NCBI RefSeq assembly: GCF_006345805.1 | Contig: NC_042998.1 | Span: 56,234,001 to 56,298,000 of the forward strand | Length of the DNA stretch: 64,000 nucleotides | Direction: 5' to 3' | DNA from: Octopus sinensis | Lineage: Eukaryota | Shown here: positions 25,460 to 38,497 of the stretch, piece by piece | Layout: every line of letters begins with the position of its first letter | Numbering within the stretch: the first letter of the stretch is position 1 | The notes under the pieces: generated by a model | The model's input: the letters and a program-made list of their open reading frames with translations, nothing else | Told to the model about the DNA's origin: nothing | Databases searched by the model: none | Made by a program: the position numbers and the translations under genes

Positions 25460-25900
25460 TTTGCTGTTTAGTCCCCCAGGTCAACTCTGATCACGCTGAT
25501 TTATGACTAAAGACATTTATGCCTTGATAATCCAGTATTTTGTTTTATTTTTCAAAGTATAGAGTACCCTGATTATATTATTACGAATGTACGCATCTAC
25601 CATTTGCAGACAATATGATGTGATTTGAAGGGGATTTGGCTTGTATTTCAAGCAAGTCGAGTGCCAGTGCAGTGATTTCCTCTCAACTACTTGATACTTG
25701 TTGTAATTGTTGTTTAGCACTGTATAAGCTCTAATCCATATATGACCACCCTATCTTTTTAGGAATATGTAAAACCACATTGTCAAATGTGCCTGTTAGT
25801 TACATAAGAAAGAATGGTATGATTTTTCTGAGTGAGTTTTTTAGAGAGTTTTTTGAGTGTGGGTTTACTGCTGTTTCTGGCAAGCCTAACAGCCATGTGA
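25460..25900 (+). repeat. Two tandem diverged copies of an old interspersed repeat (family F); other pieces near 2470, 3770, 10545, 44580, 45400, 46050 and 56860
   Basis: Recurring ccaggtcaactctgat...gatttggctgctatttctagc-like motif. Confidence 0.6.
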
Positions 25901-26470
25901 AGGTTCTGTCATTTGCTCACTGTTGGTCATAAGCAAGTGTGATTATTCTGGAGAAATACATTTGTCATGGAAATGCGGAAGAGAGTTAAATCTATGTCTT
26001 ATGTTTCTCTGTCTTCCATGTAGCTATTTTGGCTTTCGAACAGTAATTTCTTTATCTTCCGGGCATCTACTAAAAATACGTATATTTCGTTCAAAGTAAA
26101 CACCTGATATTCAATGACGATATTAACATGCTTCAACATATTAGCATATTTTGCACTCGTGCTATCGGATTGCTTCTAATATACTAAAACGAAATTAACA
26201 GTTGAATACCTGTCATATCATAATCGCCATAGTAAATGAACAGCTCCGAGGCAATTTTTGCCCTGTACTTGTATAGTATATAAAAGTTAGTAGCCAATAA
26301 TTTACGAGTAAATGGTGGATACGGAAAGAGAGAGCGAGAGAGAGAGAGACAGACGGACAGAGACAAAGAGACAGAGAAGGAGAGAGGAGGAAGACGAAAG
26401 AAAGGATAACAGGGGAAGAAAGAAAAGAGGAGAAGGAACATAGCAATATTAATCGATAGATACATATATA

Positions 26471-26701
26471 TTTCTTTATTGCCCACAAGGGGCTAAACAT
26501 AGAGGAGACAAACAAGGACAGGCAAATGGATTAAGTCGATTACATCGACTCCAGTGCGTGACTGGTACTTAATTTATCGACCCCGAAAGGATGAAAGGCA
26601 AAGTCGACTTCGGCAGAATTTGAACTCAGAACGTAGCGACAGACGAAATACCGCTAAGCATTTCGCCCGGCGCGCTAACGTTTCTGCCAGCTCGCCGCCT
26701 T
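26471..26701 (-). mobile_element. SINE family A, full length
   Basis: 18-bp TSD tcgatagatacatatata at 26453-26470 and 26702-26719. Confidence 0.9.
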
Positions 26702-26744
26702 TCGATAGATACATATATACTTAGAGAGCGTCCATGTGTATTGA

Positions 26745-27235
26745 TTTATTATCTTTGTCATCCTGGAAAGTCAGCGCGGTTTTAGATCATGTCGTGGCAC
26801 AAAGGACATGATTTTTTTCTGCTCGTCAACTCCAAGAGACATGCATCGAACATCGCATAGCTCTTTACCAGGTATTTGTCGATTTAATAAAAGCCTTCGA
26901 CACTGTTATTAGGACCGTTCTCTGGACCATTCTTGGTAAACTTGGATGTCCACCTGAATATGTCAACTTGTTTAAGCAACTTAATAGTAATATGAAAGCT
27001 CGTCTTAACTTAAATGGGTCACTACCGGAACCAATTTCCATCGATAACGGACTTAAACAAGGTGATATTGCTGCTCCAACACTTTTTTTCCATATATTTT
27101 GCTGTAACTATCTGATATCGGCGTCTATATTCGCTTCAGAACCACAGGTAAGGTGTTTGATGTTAAACGCTTCAATACAAAGTCGAAAACATTCCAGGCC
27201 CTTGTTCGAGAGCTCCTTTATGCTGATGTAGTTAT
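26745..27235 (+). mobile_element. RTE-BovB-like LINE RT fragment
   Basis: RGTKDMIFSARQLQE, FVDLIKAFDTV, KLGCP and GLKQGDIAAPTLF motifs. Confidence 0.85.
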
Positions 27236-27432
27236 TGGCATCGAGACATTAGATAAGGAAAAAGTGAGACGACACGTAAAGGAAAGGTTATTTTAGGAAA
27301 TATAGAAGGAGGGGGGAAAGTGTGAAAGCGCAAAGCCTAGTAAATATGTGTAGGAAAAAGGGGGAAAGTGGATAAAGAAGAAGTAACGAAGAGAGGAGGG
27401 ACTGGAAGGAAAAGGTATGACGGTATAATGTA

Positions 27433-27854
27433 CGGCGAGCTGGCAGAAACGTTAGCACGCCGGGCGAAATGCGTAGCCGTATTTCGTCTGCCGTTACGTT
27501 CTGAGTTCAAATTCCGCCGAGGTCGACTTTGCCTTTCACCCTTTCGGGGTCGATAAATTAATTACCAGTTACGCACTGGAGTCGATATAACCGACTTAAT
27601 ACCTATGTATGTCCATGTTTGTCCCCTCTATGTTTAGCCCCTTGTAGGTAATAAAGAAATACGTATTTCGTCTGCCGTTACGTTCTGAGTTCAAATTCCG
27701 CCGAGGTCAACTTTGCCTTTCATCCTTTCGGGGTCGATAAATTAAGTACCTTAAGCACCAGTTATGCACTGGGGTCGATATAATCGACTTAATCCGTCTG
27801 TCTGTCCTTGTTTGTTCCCTCTGTGTTTAGCCCCTTGTGGAAAGTAAAGAAATA
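27433..27854 (+). mobile_element. SINE family A dimer (one head, two bodies)
   Basis: Second body restarts at gtatttcgtctgcc (27663); TSD ggtataatgta at 27422-27432 and 27855-27865. Confidence 0.9.
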
Positions 27855-28282
27855 GGTATAATGTATATAGAAGTTGTGATAATGAAGGGAGGAAAGAAAG
27901 GACAATAGAAAAAAGTTTTTAAAATGATAAAAAAGCAGTTTAACTGTCAGCAAGGAAGGGTTATAAAACTAAGTGAGTTGGAGTAGAATGAACAAATGAA
28001 TGAAATCCATCATAATGAAGACTGGAATGACCGATAGATGAAAGCCCATTACTGTGTGCATATAAATAAAAGCAGTGTAACTTGCTCGTTTGGTAAAAGT
28101 GTTTCGTATGAAAACTATGGTGTCGTGATAAATATAAATAAAAGATACCTTCTAGGTGCTAACTAGTTGCCAACTAGGGGTACATGAGATAAATAAAAGT
28201 ATATGTATGTATGATGTATCCTAGTTGCTAACTAGAAACATATGAGATAAATATATATATATATATATATATACGTATAATA

Positions 28283-28665
28283 TGGAAGCACTCCGTCGGT
28301 TACGACGACGAGGGTTCCGGTTGATCCGAATCAACGGAACAGCCTGCTCGTGAAATTAACGTGTAAGTGGCTGAGCACTCCACAGACACGTGTACCCTTA
28401 ACGTAGTTCTCGGGGATATTCAGCGTGACACAGAGAGTGACAAGGCCGGCCCTTTGAAATACAGGTACAACAGAAACAGGAAGTAAGAGTGAGAGAAAGT
28501 TGTGGTGAAAGAGTACAGCAGGGATCACCACCATCCCCTGCCGGAGCCTCGTGGAGCTTTAGGTGTTTTCGCTCAATAAACACTCACAACGCCCGGTCTG
28601 GGAATCGAAACCGCGATCCTATGACCGCGAGTCCGCTGCCCTAACCACTGGGCCATTGCGCCTCC
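28283..28665 (-). mobile_element. tRNA-derived SINE family B, young full-length copy
   Basis: Minus strand A box TGGCCCAGTGG, B box GGTTTCGATTCC; TSD acgtataata at 28273-28282 and 28666-28675. Confidence 0.9.
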
Positions 28666-29687
28666 ACGTATAATATACGTATGATATGAAGGCAAAATTT
28701 AAGGATAAAGTTTAAATTTACGCTTATATCAAGGTAGATCATAATTCTAACCAGGTTATGTAGTTAAATGTTAACAAATATTATAGAAATATTATTAGAA
28801 AGAGAGAAAGAGAGAGAGAGAGAGAGATAGGCAGACAGACAGACAGACAGACAGACAGAGACAGAGGCAGACAGGCAGAGTTAGAGAACATGTAGACGTT
28901 GCTGGAAATAAAAATAAATATGCTGTTAATATAATCCTGTGTAATTTTGGACTTTGTATTGTTAAATACAGAAATACAAGCAAACTAACGTACAGACAAA
29001 CAGACAGACAGACAGACAAACACACACACACACACACACACACCACACACACACACACACACACATACACACACACACACACATACACAAATGTACTCAT
29101 TTGTTATGAAGTTTATGTTACGTTCTATTTAATATACTAAGCCACCTGCTATGGAGAATTAATCCGACAGAAGGCGACGGTTAGCCAGAGAGAGAGAGAT
29201 AAAGGCGAAGAACAGCCAGTCTTACTGGACGCAAGAAGACAGGCTCGGAGATGTCAAAATGAAAAGGAGCTCCTAATTGCACAAAAAAGAGATATCAAAA
29301 GTGAGAGAGAGAGAGAGAGAGAGAAATAGAGAAAGAGAGAGAGAGAGAAAGAGAGAGAGCAGCAGTGCACACTCGACTTGCTTGAAATACCAGCCAAATC
29401 CCCTTCAAGCAGCAATGAGGAGAGAATATCAAAGACGAGAGCATCGCAAAGGCGACAAGATGAAACGGAAGAGAAAACAGCACAAAGGAGAGAAATCGAA
29501 AGGGAGAGAACATCGAGGAGGGGAATGGAAGAATAATGGTTAATACTGAAACGGACCATCCAAAACAAGGCGAACTCATTGCTGGTAGGGTTTCACTAGA
29601 AACGTGGTGTAGAAGAAATTAGTGAGATAAATGTTGTAATGTTTTTATTTTAATTTTATTTTCTGTCGGCGCGGGTACATTAGTATC

Positions 29688-29738
<51 letters not shown>

Positions 29739-29742
29739 TTTT

Positions 29743-29951
29743 AAAAAATATTCAGACAAATACATAACAAAAACACCAGGACTTACAAACACATATAACA
29801 TACAGAAAATTGCACTACTAGGCACTGCACACATCCTACGCAGAACACTTTCCATACAATAACCATCAGAGCAAATCACAGCACATACCCAAGGCACACA
29901 GAGCTGCGCTCGGTAGTGAAGTGAAAGCACGCTATAAAAATAAAACTACTG
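29743..29951 (+). mobile_element. 5'-truncated young Dong/R4-like LINE in (TAA)n
   Basis: Near-identical to the 3' ends of the copies at 21818 and 52405; (TAA)n on both sides. Confidence 0.9.
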
Positions 29952-29960
29952 AATAATAAC

Positions 29961-30013
<53 letters not shown>

Positions 30014-30275
30014 TAATAGTAAATTTAATATAATGTGAAGGATAACGTTAGAAATTGTATTAACAATAATTGTTATAAGAATAATAGGGATCTCAATAAC
30101 TGACACGATCGATTGGTCCATGCATTGATCACTCAATGGACAATTAGTGGGTATTTTACAGTTTCAATTCTTCTTATGACGGGTTAAGTGCGACTCAAAA
30201 TTCCTCTCGTCATTATAGTTATGAATGTCATCATCATCATCATTATCATCATCATCATCATTGTTATTATCATTT

Positions 30276-30770
30276 AAGGCGGCGAGCTCGCAGAATCGTT
30301 TGCACGCCAGGCGAAATGCTTAGCGGTATTTCGTCTGCCGTTACGTTCTGAGTTCAAATTCCGCCGAAGTCGACTTTGCCTTTCATCCTTACGGGGTCGA
30401 TTAAATAAGTACCAGTTACGTACTGGGGTCGATATAATCGACTTAATCCGTTTGTCTGTCCTTGTTTGTTCCTTCTGTGTTTAGCCCTTGTGGGTAGTAA
30501 AGAAATAGGCATTTTGTCTGCCGCTACGTCCTGAGTTCAAATTCTGCCGAGGTCGACTTTGCCTTTCATCCTTCGGGATCGATGAAATAAGTACTAGTTG
30601 AAGACTGGGGTCGATCTAATTGACTCATCCCCTTCCCCAAAATTGTTGCCCTTGTGGCAAAATTTGAAGCCATTATTATTATTATTATTATCATTATTAT
30701 TTTTATTAAGGTAGCGAGATGGCAGAATTGTTAGCGCGTCGGACGAAATACTTAGAGACGTTTTAATCAG
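30276..30770 (+). mobile_element. SINE family A array: young head+body, older-subfamily body from 30510, third head at ~30707
   Basis: Junction aaagaaataggcattttgtctgcc; second tail differs (ccccttccccaaaattg...(att)n). Confidence 0.8.
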
Positions 30771-31157
30771 TCTTTATACTAACTTTTAAAGTATTGTCGC
30801 ATTTAAGACAGCTGGAAATTCACAACAGTACAACATAACTTTATTTTTTTCATTTATGTCTGTCGTCAGGTTTATTCCACGACTTGGTCTTCGGTGTCTT
30901 TAGTCGTAGAATCCGCTCTGTTGCAAGTATTCGAGCCAGGTCTCAGGTTTGAGAACACTTTTCTTTCTGCCACCAGTCTAAGAGGCCCTGTAACATGTTG
31001 TGAGCACTGCCTTTTCCCCTGATTATAAAAACTGGGTAAGCAAGAGTATGGTATACAGTTTTTAATTACATTATGGAGCCAGTATCGGACACTGCATCGT
31101 TTTGAAAACTCGTTATACAGGTGACATTTATCATGCATATAACTAGAATGATACACG

Positions 31158-31194
<37 letters not shown>

Positions 31195-31261
31195 GTATAT
31201 ATATGTGAATATATATATATATATATGTGAATATATATATATTATATATATATATATATAT

Positions 31262-31747
31262 ATCAGGGTAATAAAGATTTTAGAAATGTTTACTACCAGT
31301 GGCCTAGCATATAGAAAAATTAGTCAATAGACTATATATTATTCATATAAAATACAGTGTACATTTAGACACATTAAGATGTGTCCATCATAGGACTCTG
31401 GAGAATTCGTTCCATGAAATTGCCGGCATTCTGTTGCTGCCGACAAAAACTGCGCTTGCGCGGTGGATTTGAAAAAAATTAAAATGTATATGCAAGAGGC
31501 ACATGCTGGATTGGCTTCGTGTTTATATATTTGATCTTGGCGTACCTGTTGACGAAGACTTCGCCTGGCAAATTATTTTATTTGCTAAAAAAGTCAGAAA
31601 CCGGTCCAGGAAATAGATGGTAAATGCTTTTATTTTCATTCCCTTCGAGAATTTATCCCTAATTAGTGGTTTGGACCTTAGCTATTCCTTCTAGCGTAAG
31701 GGAATCCTATGATGGACACCTCTTAATGTGTTTAAATGTACACTGTA
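31262..31747 (+). mobile_element. Inverted-repeat-bracketed hammerhead cassette
   Basis: Arms 31353-31398 and 31702-31747; HHR at 31545-31610; left portion recurs alone at 62023-62156. Confidence 0.7.
31545..31610 (+). ncRNA. Type-I hammerhead motif, core UUGACGA, palindromic stem III ACCGGU, GUC site
   Basis: CCTG-TTGACGA-AGACTT...TGGCAAAT/ATTTGCTA...AAGTCA-GAAA-CCGG-TC-CAGG; A.A mismatch at 10.1/11.1 and U3 may impair activity. Confidence 0.6.
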
Positions 31748-32224
31748 TTATATATATATATATATATATGTGCCATACATTTTCTACTTTGTGTATTTTT
31801 CCCTCACGGGCTATTCTTTACTGGAAGGCGATACTCTAGTATTGCATTACTAATTTATTGAAGCTTCTTCACCGTTTTTCGGGCTGTTGGCGTTTCGGCG
31901 TTTCAGTCGAGTGTAATAGCATTAATGTGGTAACATCGTAGATTTTGTCATGATATATGCTTGGCTGATGAAGATAGAACAAGATTATGGGTGGCAGACA
32001 TATCTTGTAAAATCTGAAACCTGTAGGTCCCACATTATCCTTTTCCAGGTATTTCTTCTTTCAGATGTTCTCCCTGGAGGTAAGACAATTTTTCTAGTTT
32101 GTTGCACACACGCATTTTTGCTAATACATACGCGGTGAAGCTATACATTAGCGTCGTATTATTACGTTCGCTATTTCCAGTAAATATCGGTACTTAGTTG
32201 TGCCATATATTTACTACTTTATAT

Positions 32225-32255
<31 letters not shown>

Positions 32256-32914
32256 CTATATATATATATATATATATAATGCATACATACATACATACAT
32301 ACATGCACTTCTCAGTGTCTATGAGAGTATAACAAATAAGTCTGCTGTTCTCTTTCAGTTATAAATATCATCCAGGCAAGAGTTACATATTTTACATATG
32401 TATTAATATATTGGAAATAAATTCTAGAAATATTTTGTCCCTGTAATGACATATGTAATAAGTGTTCGTTGTGATCAGGTTTGATAGTTGTCTGCCACTC
32501 AGATTACTAGATTAGATTATAAATAGCGGAATTTTGATGATTAGATCATACAATAGCTGCTACAGCGCTACCGATGATCATCACATGCTCTGAACAAATT
32601 TTTCAATCAATTTAAGCAATCATTCCACATATGCATTTAATAGTTTTAAAATAATTTCTTCATAAATTCAATGCAAAAATTTCAAATGCTGTTTAAAATT
32701 TATTTGAAACTCAAAATATTTTGATAATCATAAATAATTAATATATTGTCATGATATTCGCAGTTATTACAGAATGATAGGATCCAGGACTGAAACACTT
32801 GCAGGTATGCAGTGTTGGTAATACTGTTGACAGCAGTTTACCCCTCAGGATAGGTTTAATCATTAATGGTGTAACAGGTGTTTGTTAATTAATTAATTAA
32901 TACACAAAGATCGT

Positions 32915-33250
32915 CTCTTTGCAACTGCTCAGCTACTGGGAAAGGTTGAAACAGCTAAGACTCTACTCCCTGGAGAGAAGACGGGAGAGGTATGCAGTAA
33001 TATATGTCTGGAAGATCCTGGAAGGAATTGTGCCAAATTTTGGCATTGTAAGCTACACCAATGCTAGAACGGGACGACACTGCATAGTGCCAAAGATCCC
33101 AGCAATGCCGTCACGTTTCGGGACCAGCTTCTGCAACAGCCTGGGTTTCAAGTGCCCACAGCTTTTTAATATTCTCCCAAAGAGTCTGAGCAACTTGCAC
33201 AAAGTAGATGTAGCGGTTTTTAAATCAAAGCAGGATATCTTTTTTCAATC
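32915..33250 (+). mobile_element. CR1/L2-group LINE 3' end
   Basis: LSYWERLKQLRLYSLERRRERYAVIYVWKILEG...PQLFNILP. Confidence 0.85.
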
Positions 33251-33654
33251 TGCCCCTCTTTATTTGAGATAGTCGAGTGTGAATTGAGGAATATTTTGCT
33301 ACTATATCTGATATGTCAAGTTATCACTGATATAATAAAGAGAACTGGAAATTGTTCGGTAGTTTCTCAAACGCATGGCGGAATTTGGGACAAATTAAGT
33401 ATTTTTTTTTACATAAGTCTTGATTGAACCAGTACTATACCCATGGCACATGTTACGAACGGGTGTAACCTCGTAACATGTACTATATTTTCGCCAATTG
33501 ATTTAGTTTCCTACCTAATCGTGAATCGATTTAGGTACCTTTTTCGGCCCCTTCACCCTTGATCGAGTGGAATATCTAAGTTGTGGCAGCTAGAAAGAGA
33601 GAGGAAGAGAGAGAGAGGGGGAGAGAGAGTGTGTGTGTGAGAGAGAGAGAGAGT

Positions 33655-33822
33655 GTGTTGCATGAGCACCATGGATGGTACTCATTACAATTGAAAGGAC
33701 TGGGCCAACATGAAATGAAGAGCTCTCCAAGACACAACGCTCAAACAGCTCATCCAGGAATAGAACCTACCACCTTGTGATTTTGAGTTAAATACCCGAA
33801 CCATCAGGACAAGCGCCTTTAC
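33655..33822 (-). mobile_element. tRNA-derived SINE head (family D-like)
   Basis: Minus strand tgtcctgatggttcggg...aggttctattcctgg...ttgtgtcttgg. Confidence 0.55.
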
Positions 33823-34354
33823 TATATTCATTTAAACTATGACGACAGGGCCAAAGTACGATAAAAAAAATATTTCAAAGAAACTGGCGAACGAATCTTC
33901 AATTTTCAGATTCGGATTGATAAATAAAAGATGATAGCAATAAAGATTTATGTAGTATGCAATGTTGAAATACGGCCTCACAGAATCGATTTAATAATGC
34001 ATGCTTGAACAAGCCATCAAGGCAGCTTTTCTTGTTGCAAAATGAGAAGAATCGTTAGCAGCAGTTGTGTATTTGTAGCGTGGATGTTTTAGAAGTTATT
34101 AAATAAAGCAAATCCTGTGTCATCAATTGCAGCAAAACGCACGGAACATAAAAAATATGTTACTGCCCTATATTTACTGAAAGACATAAGTAATATGACT
34201 TTCAACTGGTATTACTTTGAAAAGGAACTGTGTATGAGTGGGAGAAATTACAATAAAAGAGAGTTTTAGGATTAATTCATGTTATAATGACCACTTGCTG
34301 AAGGGTTGCATAAAGTCGTGATAAAATTTTGCATGATGTAGGAAATAATAACGG

Positions 34355-34780
34355 TTTTAAATTTTGGCATAAGGTCAGTAAGTTTGAGGAAAAGAGTAGT
34401 TCATTACATGGACTGGTACTTATTTCATGAACCCGAAACAATGAAAGGCAAAGCCCGTCTTGGCGGAATTTGAATTCAGAACGTAAAGAGGGACGAAATA
34501 TCGCTAAGCATTTTGCTCGTTGCGGTAACCATTCTGCCAGCTTGCTGCCTTGATGTGGGAATTGACATTAATTTCAAATCTTGGTACAAGGCCAGTAAGT
34601 TTGGAATAGGGGATAAGTCGATTACATCGATCCCAAGGCTAGACTGGTACTTATTTCATCGACCCCGAAAGGATGAAAGGCAGAATCTATCTCGGTGGAA
34701 TTTGAACTCAGAATATAAAATCGGGAGAAATACCGCTAAACATTTTGTCCGGCGTGGTAACAATTCTGCCAGCTCACAGC
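34355..34780 (-). mobile_element. Two tandem older SINE family A copies
   Basis: Two reverse-complement bodies (34355-34555 and 34570-34780). Confidence 0.75.
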
Positions 34781-35329
34781 CTTAATGTGGGAATTAACAT
34801 TGAAAAATTGCCTTGCTGTTGTAATAGACATAACTTCAATCTTTGGTTGCATCAACAATTCTCTTTACACATTAATGAAATTGAATAATCCAGACTTGAT
34901 TCGCATAAAATGCATTTGCTACTTTCCATGTTCCCAAGTTGCTGAAGAATTAACCTATAACATTGATTGTCTGCTAAGAGAAACTTACAACTTCTTCCAC
35001 AGATCAGCGCTTTCAAGAGAATCTTACATGAAAATTTAATAACAATGGTGATAAGCCATTGAAAATGATTCTTCTTTCAGCCCCATGATAGTTAACGGGA
35101 AGTAGCTGCGTAAAGTTCTTGACCGATGGGATACATTAAAATTACATTTTCAATGGCATCTTTGAGATGCGATGAGTGTTATTATACAAGGGAGTTACAT
35201 GCTATATGCTCAGATGCATCAGTTACACTTTAGCATTTATGATACATGCGTTGAGTAATATTAAACAAATATTAATATGCTGTTTCAAAAAGGAGCGGCT
35301 CATAACAGTGGTATCTTACATAAACTATA

Positions 35330-36130
35330 TAGTTTCGCATTGTCTTTACTTAGAAGAATTTTGCATTCACATTATTTATACTGTTCTGAGAATAGAACTC
35401 GGGTATTTTAAAGTTTTGGTGTATAGTTTGAAGTCATCCAAAATACGCAAATCTGGATTTGTTTTAAGAATACTTGCCAGAGGAATAAACATAATCACGA
35501 AAAGTAATGGAGAGAGAAAGCCTCCTTGAAATATAGACCTGCGTATTTTCCCGTTTCCTAATGATTTACTTCTGAAATTTTGCACAATTTGTCATGATCT
35601 CATCGTATTTTCTTAAACTGATGAGTTTTTCATTGACTCCGATTACCCCGAGTCACTCCAACAGCTAGCAAAATTGTCGTATGCTTTCAACTATCCAAAC
35701 AACTGCTAAGTTAAATTCTTTCTTATTCGAACATGACTTAGTGTTATGATATCGATGGACAACATACCAGTAGTTCTATTTGACTTCTTTTTGCATCTAT
35801 TTTGCTATTCTGGTAAAAGATTCTTCTCCAGAAAGCTACACAATTCACCTTTCATGAAGCAAGTTTGTAATTTCCAGAGTAATGGTAAGCATGTAATAGG
35901 TCTATAATTATTGACTGGCTTTCTTTATTCTTTGTTTTTCAGTATTTACATTGTCTTTCTTTTTGTCATCCATGTTCATGTTCCATTTTATACAGTTAGT
36001 AAAAAACTGTTTTATAAAGCTATGTATATTTGTGAGATTTTTAAACTAGGATCCTTGAACTCAATCGGGTTCTAGAGCTTCCTAATTTAGTATATTTTTG
36101 AGGATCTTTTCCATTTCCTCCTCTGTAATA
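35330..36130 (-). mobile_element. Old R4-like LINE RT fragment
   Basis: NYRPITCLP and IRRSIFQGGFLSPLLFVI..DDFKLY motifs. Confidence 0.7.
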
Positions 36131-36145
36131 TTTATATTGCAAAAT

Positions 36146-36416
36146 CACATGGCCTAGTGGCTAGGGTGTTGTACTCACCATCGCGAGATCGTGGTTTCAA
36201 TTCCTATGCCGGCTGATGCGTTATTCTTGAGCAAAACACTTCATCACACGTTACTCCGTGATCATTTCGACATGTAATGCGTGGTACACCGTTCATTTAA
36301 CGAAGGGAGTGAGCTAATGCACTGCATAAACATTTGATCGCTATAAACAAATCATTTGTGCCGGTCGTTCGGCAAAAAGCTGAACACTCATACGTCGTTT
36401 TCGATGGGTGAGTCCA
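36146..36416 (+). mobile_element. tRNA-derived SINE family D
   Basis: tggcctagtggctagg A box, gtggtttcaattcc B box, cttgagcaaaacactt core. Confidence 0.7.
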
Positions 36417-36550
36417 TAATTTATTATTACTATTATCGTCATATCTCTTCTTTCTATCTGTATCCTTTGTCTGATGTTATACTGTCTTTGGAGCTCGTTC
36501 CCATTTTCTTTTTTCACCGTGTTCTTGAAAAGAAACTCAAGCACGAGAAA

Positions 36551-36608
<58 letters not shown>

Positions 36609-37142
36609 CAGAGAGATATTCTATGATTACATGAATCAATCTCAACCAGTTTTTGTAGCATTTTGCGCGCGCAAAATATACACTGAAGGTTGCAGCCTAA
36701 CCCACCTGAGACATATTGTCAGGCATTCAAAATGAGAAACAATCCTGTAGCACCACCACCACCACCAACGACAACAACTGTGAAGAGATTCGAAACACAC
36801 ACGCACACATACACACACACACATGCACGCACGCACACAAATACGAACGGCTGAGAAAAATCGATAACAATAAGGATACCAAGAAGTAATAGATTTTTTT
36901 TTCACATCGAATAGGAGGTCTGGATCGAACAGCAAGGGCCTTCCTCGTTGGCTCAGCGAGAGAAATATTGATGCTCCTCAGACTTTTGTTCCTCCTCGTA
37001 CCATTTCATATAACACCCAATACCATAAAAAGGCGGGACCAAACTATCAGGATGATATTGATTATGGTATTATCGCTATTATTGCTGATGCTGCTGTTGT
37101 CGATGTTGATTTATCTTAATTATTATTGCTGTTGTTACCCAT

Positions 37143-37231
<89 letters not shown>

Positions 37232-37619
37232 TCTTCTTCTTCTTCTTCTTCTTCTTCTTTTTCTTCTTCTTCTTCTTCTCCTTATTCTTATTCTTATTAT
37301 TATTATTGTCGTCATCATCATCGTTATCATCATCACTACTACCCTTGTTCTTATCGTTATTTCTGACGTTGCTTTTGTCGTCCATATTTTTTATGCTGTT
37401 GTTGTTTCTATTTATCATTAATATCTGATAAAATGAATTGAATGACTAGTAGTTTGTTTGCGAGGCTTGTGCACCCCTTTTTACGTCGCGTATATTCTGT
37501 GTATGAGAAGTATTTGACATGTATTCCCTGGAAAGATCAGCTTGCAAAAAGTCTAGAGTTTTACTGGTCTTCTATTGACATGAAGTAGAGAAGTGACTGT
37601 TTTCTTTTCTGTTTTACAG

Positions 37620-37641
37620 GAACTGCTGAAGAAAGAAATAT
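37620..37641 (+). CDS. Candidate 22-nt micro-exon (ELLKKEI or TAEERN) of an unidentified gene
   Basis: Very strong acceptor gttttcttttctgttttacag| and donor AT|gtaagt in apparently unique DNA. Confidence 0.45.
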
Positions 37642-38201
37642 GTAAGTCAATATTTGTGTCCTAATCATTATGACAATAAATTCGGTTCTGATTATTCTTC
37701 TGGTTAATAACAAATTTACCGTTCAAAACTCATACAAAAACATTCAACATAATACACATGTCCGGTAGTTGTGTTGGACATACCATTCAGCAGGGTGCCT
37801 CTAAGGGGTCGATTAGTTTGCTTGAAATAACAGCTAAAGATCTCATCCCCAACCCATAGCACGCCCTGCCAGTTATAAAACAAAGACACAAAAGATAGTG
37901 TAGTCCTATTTGGTAAGGAAAATGGAGAGTTGTGCACGGCTTGCTGCCTTTGATCACAGGTCTTCTTCTATAGGACTGTCATGTGAATAAAGAAAAACAT
38001 GAACAAGACCACCAACACACACACACATACAACCCCACTACCGGCTACATCAATAAGACTTTTCTGTTTATTTCGGTATCTTTTTTCAGTAATTTTTGTT
38101 TAGAAAATATCTGTTTAAAATATTGTGAATTATTTACCAGCAAAAATTTATCTCATTTAAATAAGGTTTTGTATTATAAACTTGGCAATATTACAATATT
38201 A

Positions 38202-38411
38202 CAATAATCCCTCGACTATCGCGGGTGTTACGTTCCAAAACCCCACCATGATAGGTGAAAATCCGCGAAGTAGAAATAGTGCTGTACTGCATATATTTTT
38301 TTAATTATTTTTATAATTTGTATATACTTATTTTATTATAAATGCAAAACAACACCATGGAGGAATCGACGTAAGCTTAAATAATAAACCGCGATAGGTG
38401 AGGGACTATTG
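38202..38411. mobile_element. pogo/Tigger-like MITE
   Basis: TA|caataatccctcgactatcgcgg ... ccgcgataggtgagggactattg|TA. Confidence 0.85.
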
Positions 38412-38497
38412 TATAAAGACATTTCTTATTCGCTCCTGAGTAGTTTTCTCTTAACCATTATAAAAATATTGTGTGTGTAAACACACGCACACACACA

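Noticed and set aside
28590-28665. tRNA-like sequence with A and B boxes (also at 40765-40841 and 36146)
   Set aside because: These are SINE heads continuing into SINE bodies, with TSDs at the two family B copies; no complete cloverleaf was found.
29150-29560. Purine-rich stretch encoding RQDETEEKTAQRR-like repeats, reminiscent of Helitron N-termini
   Set aside because: Low complexity with no diagnostic motif, so it cannot be assigned.
32765-32800. CAGAATGA...GGACT-GAAAC motif
   Set aside because: Core and stems are not convincingly recoverable.
33448-33481. Perfect 11-bp hairpin acatgttacga/tcgtaacatgt
   Set aside because: Isolated, with no associated element ends or function; possibly a MITE remnant.
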